Assembly (NCBI GenBank): GCA_036172245.1
Contig: JAYWIR010000012.1
Location: forward strand, 806,001-870,000
From: Raillietiella orientalis
Taxonomy: Eukaryota
DNA length: 64,000 nucleotides
Reading direction: 5' to 3'
How positions within the stretch are numbered: the first letter of the stretch is position 1; every line of letters begins with the position of its first letter. Shown piece by piece: positions 39,440 through 49,254 of the stretch. The notes under the pieces are model-generated. The model was not told the origin of the DNA, searched no databases, and saw nothing but the letters and a program-made list of their open reading frames with translations. Made by a program: the position numbers and the translations under genes.

Positions 39440-40591
39440 CTTGGCTGTCCTGGTGAGAGGAAATACCTGGATCTCCTGCCTCCTTGCGAACTGTATTACC
39501 TGGCTGCAGGAGTCCGTTTCCGCGTGAGCAAAAATCAACGGCGCCTGCGAGGTGGACTTCTCCTGCCTTCTTCGAGGCAACGCTGGCCAGCTCCTGCGGG
39601 AGATTGTATCCAACCCACAAAAGCTTTTGTGGGCCTCATTAACCCCCCTTGCCCTCGTGCTACCCTTCCTCAGAGAAGCCAGGGACAGCCAAGAGGAGGC
39701 ATCGTATGAAGTGTCCTGCCTCATCGGGGCGAGGAAAAAACTAATGAAGGCGTGGACGTCCCGGGAACTAGCGGACTCTACAACCCCGAGCGTCCCGTCA
39801 AATGGAATCGTGCGCTGCGGCGAGCTGCTCGACATGCCTCCGGAGGAGCTGAAGTGGCCCCCGGCGTATTAAGACAGTGGCACCCTCCCTTGGATTGGCA
39901 TTAGACGGCGCTGCTTGTACTCCATTGGGGACTTTCAAGCAGAGCACGCCTGTCTCACTGGACATTTGGGAGATTGGATGCCCATTGTACAGAGTTTGGG
40001 GAGAGGGAGACCTTCCTCCACTTACTCATCGAATGTGTTGCCCTCCGCCAAACGTGGGATCGTCTCTCGTCGGCCGTAAACGTTCCAATGGGCGACCCTA
40101 AAAATCTTTTTCGTCGCCTCCTGATGCGGAACTCCCTGCCAGGCGCCGCGTGTGTGGCAGTTCTCTGCTGCATACGGAGAATATAGGGCAAGTGGAACGC
40201 GTCAATAAGAATCCGCAGCAGTCGGAATGCCATCCACTAGGCAGTTATCTCCATGGAGAAGGCTTCCCACTGGCGCCGGCTGAGGAAAATCCTGCCAGCA
40301 TGTTCGCATACAGAACCACATGCAGAGGCCTCCCCATGGCTTCCGTGATCCCTTCCCCATAAACATTGTCCCCGAAGCATGTTTTCTTTTTTATGTGTTT
40401 TTTCTCTTTTTTCCGTCCCCTTCGCTAGTGGAGAAGTCCTTACCGGCATACAAGTCGGAAACGACAAGTGCATAAGACAATAAGAACAATGCGTTCTGAC
40501 TGGAACATAACTACATCATACAAGACTTTATTATTAAATTTATAATTATAAAATTTTAATAATAAAAGCCCCGACTTACTCGGATGAAAAA
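39440..40591 (+). mobile_element. 5'-truncated Tx1-like element (ORF2 C-terminus plus 3' UTR)
   Basis: GNTWISCL..WLQESVSA..YEVSCLIGARKK..GELLDMPPEELKWPP..HLLIEC. Ends AATAAAAG-CC-CCGA-CTTAC-TCGG-ATGAAAAA. Confidence 0.9.
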
Positions 40592-40619
40592 CTGCAGGGA
40601 ATTGATGATGTTATTCTTA

Positions 40620-41060
40620 CGCTCTGGGGGCCACTTCACCTCCTCGGAGGTTTTGCAAGCAGCTCACGCCAGCAGAAGTCTTTAAGGAAGGACTCTCGAA
40701 GATGGAGCATCCGCCAGCTTCCGAGTTGTTCTTACGAGCTGTCCACGCCTTTAACGATTTTTTCCTGCTTCTGATGAGGCAGGACACTTCCCACATTGCC
40801 CGTCCGTCGCTGTCCCTAACATTCCTGAGGGAGGGCAGCACTGGGGCAAGGGGGGCGGAGGAAGCCCACAGCAGCTTGCAGTGGTTCATAATTTCCTGCA
40901 GGAGCTGACGAGAGTATCTTCCCCGTCGGAGGCAGCTGTACTTGGCCTCGCTCGAGTCGTTCATCTTAACCCACGCGGAAACTGACTCCTGATGCCAGGC
41001 GGTACAGTTCGTGGGGAGGCAGGAGATCCACGTATTTTTCCTTACCAGGGCAACATCTGA
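40620..41060 (-). mobile_element. Tx1-like ORF2 internal fragment
   Basis: NTWISCLPTNCTAWHQESVSAW..LWASSAPLAPVLP..WEVSCLIRSRKKSLKAWT is homologous to 39460-39770. Confidence 0.82.
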
Positions 41061-41179
41061 CGCAGTTCATGGCCGCAGCTGGATGGACTTGGAATTCTTC
41101 AGAAGAGAATATCCCATTCGAGATTTCTGATCGAATGTACAAGAACGCTCATCGACTCAGTCCTTTTGCCTTGCCCACG

Positions 41180-43860
41180 CCGCATCAGCTTCGATGAGCC
41201 TTTCACGACCGGTAAAATTCTCGCCGGTATCAAAAGGCTCAAGAGGCGGAAAGCTCCAGGGGAAGACGGCTTGCCCGCGGAGTTCTATCAGAGCTTCGCG
41301 GAAGAGCTGGCCCCCCTGGTGCTCGAGTTGACAAGGCGAATCCGAGACGAAGGCGATGTTCCCGCCTCGTTTCGGTCAGCCAGGGTGAGGCTCCTCCCGA
41401 AGGGAGGAGACCTCAGGAAACTTAGCAACTGGAGTCCGATCACGATTGTGAACACGGACGCCAAGTTGATCGCCGGGCTGTGGGCGTCGCGATTGGGGCA
41501 GGTGTCCAATTCCATAATTAGCCCGGAGCAGACTTACGCTGTTCCCGGGCGAAGTATGGAGGAAGAGGTACGAAGAAGGCTCGCGAAGAAGAGGTTGCTC
41601 TTTTTCGCGAGCACATGGATGCACGCGCAGCGGAGTAGGAAAGAAGGGAACGGGAAAATTTGCAACCCTACTTTGGGGCCGACAGTGGGACAGGGTAGAG
41701 ACTCCCATGCGGGAAAGGGGGCCTTAGCGATCGCAGTCGATCTTCATAAGGCATTCGACTGTGTTGACCAGGAACTCCTCTTGGAGCTCCTGGGTCGCAT
41801 GGGCTTCCCACCCTCCTTGATTACCTACCTGCGCTCTTGCTGGCGGAACGCAATAATCTCGATTACTTTTAGTGGTCAAAAGGTGTATGGCGTGTCGGTG
41901 CGGCGGGGCATAAGGCAGGGCGACAGCCTCAGCCCCCTGCTCTTTAGTACCTACTTTGAGTTGGTGCTGAGAACGTACAGGGTGACTTTGGCCCCCTTGC
42001 CGAGCTCGTGCCCCGGCACGCCAGCCGTAGCGGCGTATGCCGACGATCTTCTGCTCCTCTTACCTATGTCCACCCCGGCGAAGGCGGTCGGAGATTTCTT
42101 CGACCTTCTTAGCCGTGGGGCCGGATTACAGGTTAACAGGGCGGAGTCGTCGGTGGTGCCAGTTGGAGCGTTGTGGGCAGGGCAGCAGGACTGGGTCCGT
42201 CTGGGGATCCCCACGGTGAGGTGCATCAAGTACCTTGGTGTGCCGTTGGGGGACTTCTCCCCTGCGGAAGCGTGGTACAGCTTCCTCCAAAAAGTCTAGA
42301 CGGCGATCGGCCCGTTCCTGGTAGGCAAGTTTCACTTGCCAGAAAGGGCCGCGGTTTGGAACGCCTCCGCGGCCCCCATCCTCCGTTCCTTGCTTTTTGT
42401 TTGCCCCGCCCCCGTGGAATCTAAAAAGCGGACGAAGGACCTCCTCCGCATAGCCCTTTGGGGCAAGGGGAGGACCCGAGTCCCTTTGAAGGACTTGTGC
42501 GCTCCGCGTCGGGACGGCGGTCTCGGCCTCCTGACGCTGGAGCGCGTGGAAATCCAGCTGCAATGGCGAACCCTCGCCATCGCAGCGAAGATGTGGAGCA
42601 CCGCTTGGTGCATTCCGGCCCGCCTCCTGGCCAGACGTGTGTCCCGATGCGAAGGACTCGCGTCGTTTCTTCTGTGCCCTGGCCGGAAGATTCGAAGATG
42701 CGGTCTACTGCTCGGGCGCATGGCAACCCTGGCGAAGGAGAACGGCTGGATGGTTTGTGGCCCCGCCAACTCCTCCGCTTGGCTGGAGGAGACTGCTGGC
42801 ACCTGGGCCAAGCAGAACCAAAGGTGCGAAGACCCGATGAACTGCCTGCAAGTCGGCTTCTACGCCCGCCGAACTCTGCGTGAAATTCTTGAATTTCCAC
42901 CGAGTTGCACGTGGGCGAAAGGGACACCCCTTGCTACGGCGATGCCCTTCCTCCAAAGGGCGCTTCACGAAATCCGGAAGTCGAGGTGGCAAGTCTGCTG
43001 CCGTATCGCAGGCAGAGAGAAGATAATGAGCGGCTGGACCATGGGAGAGCTGATAGATGCTACGACCCCTAGTCTCCAGCCGCGTGGATCAAGAAGATGG
43101 GGCGAGCTGCTCGGCATTCGATTGGATGACCTGAAGTGGCCCCCGGTCCTACTTGGATCCAGGATTCTTCCCCTAAAGTGGCAAGAATCGGCGCTTCTGT
43201 GGCTGCATTGGGGTCTACCCTGCAACGCGCGCCGCTTCCACTGGACGCGGGGAAGAGTAAATCCTGCGTGTGCCAGGTGTGGGGAGCGGGAGTTGCTCCC
43301 CCACCTCTTAGTTGATTGCCCTGCCTTCTGGATTCTTTGGGATCGTCTTAAAACGGCCCTTGGGATACCGGATGGTGGCAACCCCAGAGGCGTGTACAGT
43401 CTTGTCTTCCTGCGGGACGCCCTCAGTCCAGCCGCAGCCCTGGCAGCACTTTGCTGCATTCGTGGTACCGTGGCGGCCTGGAGTGATGCCGAAGATGAAG
43501 ATTGCATCGTGAGGGACGTCATCGAGTATGCTGTTCGCTTCCTGCAGAGAGCTACCCGATGGCCCCATCTGGGAAGAATGAAAATGGAACTCGAAGGCAT
43601 CCTGCAAAGGATGGGCCCTCCCAGCAGTTGTCTGTGATCCCTTCCCGGCCCTCCAAACTCCTTTTGTTGTTTTTTCTCTTATTTTATTTTATTTTTGTTT
43701 TCTCCCCCATCCCCTTTTACTGCCGAGGAGAGCACACCGGGCTGCGTCCCGGTGTCCCGGCAGGTCCGGTATTGCGTGGCCGTCAGTGGGGCCTTGTACC
43801 ACGTTCTGTAATGACTGAAGGAATGTTTTTTTAATAAACGTCCCGGCGTACCAGGGTGGC
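41180..43860 (+). mobile_element. 5'-truncated Tx1-like element with nearly open RT-to-C-terminus frame (one premature TAG at 42297)
   Basis: KAPGEDGLP, WSPITIVNTDAK, DLHKAFD, RQGDSLSPLLF, AYADD, KYLGVP, RRDGGLGL, CARCGERELLPHLLVDC. Stop at 43637, then 3' UTR motifs. Confidence 0.96.
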
Positions 43861-43862
43861 AT

Positions 43863-44190
43863 CGCCGCACCAACTGACATCACGGACGACTTCGCCCTGT
43901 TTACCGTAAGCCCGGTTTATCGACTGAGCAGGTCGAAGAACTCCTCGACCGCCGAAGCCGGAGGGGACATAGGGAGCAGCGGCAGACGGTCGTCAGCGTA
44001 TGCTGACGCCGCAGGCGTACCGGGACAATGGCACGGCAGGTTCGCAAGATTTTCCCCTTAGGCTCTCAGTACCAACTCGAAGTAGGTACTGAAGAGCAAG
44101 GGACTCAAGCTGTCTCCCTGCCGTATGCCGGGTCGCACGTGCACGGTACCCCGTGCACGGTATGTCCACTGAAAGAGATCTGGATTAGCA
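43863..44190 (-). mobile_element. Tx1-like RT core fragment (decayed)
   Basis: Minus strand gives ISFSGHTVHGVP..GIRQGDSLSPLLFSTYFELVLRA..SAYADD. Confidence 0.85.
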
Positions 44191-44199
44191 CTTTTCTAA

Positions 44200-44978
44200 G
44201 GCGATGCGCCCTCTCTACGATCAGTAGGAAGAACTCTGCGCGATGACCATCCGCAGCGGGGAGCAGTACGTAAAGGTGATCTGCAAACAGGCACATCTTG
44301 CCCAACGTCTGCTCAAAATCCCCGTGGTGATGGAGAAACGCAGGCTTCTTCCCATCACGGTGGACCGCAGCATGGTGGTCCACCTGTTAGGCGTTACAGC
44401 GCGGATGCGTCGGGAAACCGTACGCGCCGCTTTGGAACAATATGGCACGGTGCATGCCCAGTGGTCTAAGCCTAGTCCCTTTGTAGACTATGCTGGACTG
44501 CAATGCGGCCTGACGGCAGCACGCATCATCGTCCGAGAAGGCTGTTCTCTTCCCAACAAACTGGTGGTCGCCGGCGAAACGGTCGACCTATGGTATGTGG
44601 GGAAGTCCGAATACCTAGCCTTCTGCAATACGTCGGGACATTTCAAAAAGAGGTGCCCCAACGTTCAGTGCCAAGTATGCGGTAGCATGGGTTACACGCG
44701 GGAGGTGTGCCCACAAGCTGCAATGCGCGTAGTGTCCGCGTGCAAAGCGAAAAAACGCGCCCGGCTGCTGCAAAAAAGGCTGATGGGGAAAGCTGCCTCG
44801 AAAGCTGTGCCACCCGCACCCAAGGTCCAGGCCGCAACCGAGACCACGGTGAACAACGCCGAAAAGGTCGAGGGAAACGACCAGGAGCCAGATTGGCAGG
44901 TAGCAACAGCGAAGAAAGAACGACGACTTGAAAAAAAAAACTCGCCTACCGCAAGAAAAAACAGGAGGGTAGCGCGAT
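44200..44978 (+). mobile_element. Tx1-like ORF1 fragment with CCHC knuckles
   Basis: ORF 44243-44980 has VICKQAHLAQRLL..VDLWYVGK..FCNTSGHFKKRCPNVQCQVCGSMGYTREVC. Confidence 0.88.
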
Positions 44979-45002
44979 AATAAAAGATTGCAGCGTTGTC
45001 GT

Positions 45003-47232
45003 TTATTACCAGGCTGCTCCGGGAAGTTTATTGTTAAAAACATCTGGGAACGCAGTTCCCAGGCTAAGGGAGCAGAAGTTAAGGGGGAGGGCTTCAAGAC
45101 ACGCAGGCGGGGCACACTGAGAGCTCAAAACGGGAGGGAGGGGACAATAAATAAATAAATATGGTGGGAGGGTGGGGATATGGGTTTGCAGTTCAGCCGT
45201 TCCTATTCTCAGAACCGGCGGTGAATGCCGGCAATGTCCGTCCTCACTTCTGCGTCAAGGTGTGGCCACCCGACAGCCAGTGCAGATTGCAGGCTGCAGT
45301 GTCGGGGACCGATGTTAGGACCGCTCGCATCTGCAATACGTGGCGAGCCCTGACAGTGGCGCGGACGCAGCAGATGATTGCGACGACCGCTCCCAGAGAT
45401 AGACTGCCACGCGTGAAGAGGCGGTGCATCCAGTCCATTGCGGTGTGTCCGGGATGCAGGAGCGCTAAAGACAGCCGCCGCCACCACAGTTCCTGGAGGG
45501 CACCGCATTCAAATAGCAGATGCGGAAGCTATTCCACCGCTTCGCATTTTGCACAGTTCGGGGACGCGACTTCCCCGTGAACCAGGTGCGCGCGCTGGTT
45601 GGAATACAAACCCCAATGCACCAGCAGAAAAGCATCCCGTTTCCACCGAAGGGGAAACACAGTCACGTCCAAGCACGGGCAAGGGACCACAAGCTCTTCG
45701 GGAGGCACCCAGAGGAGCTCGCTTCACCGGAGAAGTCCCTTGGCAAAAATTCGAGGCGTGGCAGCGTCTGCCAGCTCGCAGGTCCTCCAGCCGCCCAGTA
45801 GTCAAGTCTCGCCTGCGATAGAGCAAGCGACCTCCCACCTCGCCGGTAGGTCACTGTCGTCTCGCACCATCAGGGCAGACAGTGCTTCGGCGAGGGGCGT
45901 AGCGCAAAGGCGTGTCCACTTATCCTGATCTTGCAACATTTCCCCCACTGGACAGTATGGGGAAAGGTCACGCAACGGAGTTCCAATCGGGACACATCCT
46001 GTTGCGATGCCCAGGAAAATAAGGCTTCCTGCCTCCAAGAGTTAAGGTTCGTCGGCCGGCAGAAGATCCAAGAACGCGTTCCCAGAAGCCAGGCGAGCTG
46101 CCACAGAGGGAAGACGAAGCCTCCCATGGCGCGCTCCGTACGCAGGTGCAACGAACGCAGTCCGTCGCCACCCGCGCCGCACCGAAGCAGCAGCCGCACT
46201 GGAGCACACCAGGGAGTCGTCCACAGCTGGGCGCAAAGTGCCAGCATGCGGAACTGCACTAGCAGTCCGATCCGCTCCAGCGTCAGGATGCGCAAGCCGG
46301 CATTCCGCCGTGGAGCAGCCAAGTCCTTGAGGCGGATTTTGGACCTCGCCGGTTCCCACAAGGCGTTCCGCAATAGGCACTTCGCTCGAAGCTTGGCCGA
46401 GTAGGGAGGAAGACAAACAATATAGAAGGGACGGAGGAGAAAGGCAACGAAAATGTTCCACACGAGGGCACGTTCCGCAAGGAGGAACGGGCCGCCTTGA
46501 AACGGGCCCCCAACAGTCTCTGCATTGTGAAGGCAGTGCGACCAGGCTTCTGCTGGACAGAAGGCACCTAATGGAACGCCAAGGTATTTAAAGCACCTGC
46601 CCGTGGGGATCCCCAGGCGGATCCAGTCGGACTGTCCCTCCCACGTAGAGCCAACCGGTATAACGGTTGATTTGCTTCTCTTGACGCTCAGGCCCGCTCC
46701 CCGACGAATGAGCTCAAAGAAATCTTCGAGCCTGGACGCCAAGCTGGACATGAGCAGCAACAGAAGTCGTCAGCATAGGCGGCCACGGCCAGTGTTCCCG
46801 GGCAGGAGATCGGCAGGCTGGCCAACATTAGCCTAAACGCCCTCAGCATCAACTCAAAGAAGATGCTGAAGAGCAACGGGCTTAAACTGTCGACCTGCCT
46901 GATGCACCTGCGCACGGGAATATTGTACACCTGGCAGCCGCTAAAGGAAATGCAAGTTTGCGCGTGGCGCTTTCATGCGCGCAGGTATTCGTTATGACAT
47001 TCGCGTCCATGGACCGCCCCGGAACAGCATACATCTGCTCCGGACTTACCAAGGACTCCGCGATTCTACCCAGCCTCGCGATCCATAGCTTCGAGAACAA
47101 ATTGACGTCCCAATTCACCAAGGTGATCGGACGCCAGTTGCTCAGGTGGCGCAAATCCCCGCCTTTCGGCAGGAGCCGCACCTTTGCTGAGCGGAAGGAA
47201 GCGAAAACGTCTCCCGTCTTCCAAATCTCCAA
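45003..47232 (-). mobile_element. 5'-truncated Tx1-like element, RT to 3' end (deletion near 46955)
   Basis: LLPKGGD..WRPITLVN, RQVDSLSPLLF, AYADD, FKYLGVPLG. Ends AATAAAC-TT-CCCGG-AGCAG-CCTGG. Confidence 0.92.
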
Positions 47233-47264
47233 GCGTTATTTGTGGGAAAACCAAGTGTTTTCCC

Positions 47265-49253
47265 AGAATGTTTTTTTCAGAGGACAGCACGTATTAGGCG
47301 TGCCGGTGAGGCGCGGCAACCGGCAGGGCGACAGCCTGAGTCCCCTGCTCTTTAGCACCTATTTCGAATGGGTGCTGAGAGCATACAGGGTGACATTGGC
47401 TGCCCTGCCAAGCTCGTGCCCCGGTACGCCGGCCGTGTCGGCGTATGCTGACGATCTTCTGTCCCTGCTGCCCAAGTCCGCCCCGGCTTCGGCAAACGAG
47501 GATTTCTTCGACTTGCTAGGCCGCGGGACAGGACTACGGGTGAACAGGACGAAGTCGTCGCTGGTTGCGGTTGGTGCAACGCGGGCAGAAAGAGCTGATT
47601 GGATCCGCTGGGGATCCCCACGGAGAGGTATTCGAAGTACCTCGATGTTCCGTTCGGGGACTTCTGCCACTCAGAAGCCTAGTCAGGTCGTCTCCAGAAA
47701 GTGGAGTCGGCGATCGGCCCGTTCCTGGAAGGCAAGCTTCACTTGCCGGAACGGGCCGCGGTGTCCAACGCGTTCGCGGCCCCCCTCCTTCGCCCACTGC
47801 TTTTTGTTTGCCCCGTACCCCGTGAATTGAAAAAAAGAACAAAGGAACTCCTACGCATCGCCCTGTGGGGCGGCGGGAGGCCTCGTGTGCCTTTAAAGGA
47901 TTTGTGCGCTCCACGTCGGGACGGAGGTCTTAGCGTCCTGACGATGGAGCGAATGGAAACACAGCTGCGGTGGTGTACTCTAGCCATCGCGGCGAAGATG
48001 CGAAACACCCCTTGGTGCGTTTCAGCCCAACTTCTCGCCAGACGTGTGTCTGGGACTGAAGGACTCGCGTCTTTTGTTCTGTGCCTCGTCCGGAAAATAA
48101 GAAGATGCGGACTTCTCCTGGGACGCATGGCCACCCTGGCATAGCAGAACGGGTGGATGGCCTGCAGCCCCGCCAACTTCAGCGCATGGCTGGAAGAAAC
48201 AGTTGGAACGTGGGCAAAGTTAAAAGACATCAGTGGAGAATCCTGCAACCGCCTGCGCACCGGCATCTACACCCGCTGCACGCTACGGAACATGATCGTG
48301 TGTCCCGCCAGAAGCACTTGGGCGGAGACGACCCCACTGGCCACAGCGCTGCCCTTCCTACGAAGGGCGTTTCAAAACTGACGGAAGCCAAGATGGCAAG
48401 TCACCTGCCGGATAGCAGGCAGGGAGAAGCTGATGAGCGGCTGGACCGTGAGGGAACTGGCTGACGCGAAGACCCCACGCGTTCTCCCGCGCGGTATACG
48501 GAGATGGGACGAGCTGCTTGGCATCCCGCTGGATGACCCGAAGTGGCCCCCTTTATTTAGAGACGCATCCACCCTCCCCCTCAAGTGGCAGGAAGCGGCG
48601 CTGTTGTTGTTGCACTGGAGTCTTCCCTGCAACGCGCGCCGCCACCACTGGACGTTGGGAAACGTGGGACAGAACTGTGCAGTGTGCGGGGAGGAGGAAT
48701 CCCTCTCCCACCCGTTAGTGGACTGCGCTGTCCTCCGGCCCTTGTGGGAACGTTTTGCTACGACCCTCCGGATACCGATCGGCAGTACCCCCAGAGACAT
48801 TGTGAGACTCCTCTTCGTGCGAGACGCCCTGCCACCAACCTCAACCCTGGCAGTGCTCTGCTGCCTCCGAGGGATTGTGGCCGCGTGGAGTTCAGCCAAC
48901 AAAGGAAGCAGCGACAGGGACCCCATCGTACACGCGGGTCGCTACCTGCGAATCGCAATCGGCTCGTCCCATCTGGGACCTATGACGAGGGACCTCGAGG
49001 GCATCCTGGAAAGGATGGTCTCTTCCTCCAGCGGGCTGTGATCCCTTCCCGGCCCCCCAAATAGTTTCTTTTTGTTTATTTCTTTTGTTTTTCTTTTCGT
49101 TTTTACCCCCTACCTATTCCGCTGCCGAGGAGAGTCAAGCCGGCCTGCGAGCCGGCTTCCTGGCAGGTCCAAAGAACTATTGGCCGTAGCGGGGCCTCGT
49201 ACCGCGAAAACATAGTGTTTAGCAATAAACGCCCCGGCGTGACCGGGTGAAAA
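47265..49253 (+). mobile_element. 5'-truncated Tx1-like element, RT core to 3' end
   Basis: RQGDSLSPLLFSTYF, AYADD, RRDGGL, CAVCGEEESLSHPLVDC. Stop at 49041. Ends AATAAAC-GC-CCCGG-CGTGA-CCGGG-TGAAAA. Confidence 0.94.
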
Positions 49254-49254
49254 C

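Noticed and set aside
43720..43800. 3'-UTR structure as a known self-cleaving ribozyme (HDV-like or hammerhead)
   Set aside because: No hammerhead CUGANGA/GAAA core or HDV nested pseudoknot could be traced by eye. Reported instead as an unclassified hairpin.
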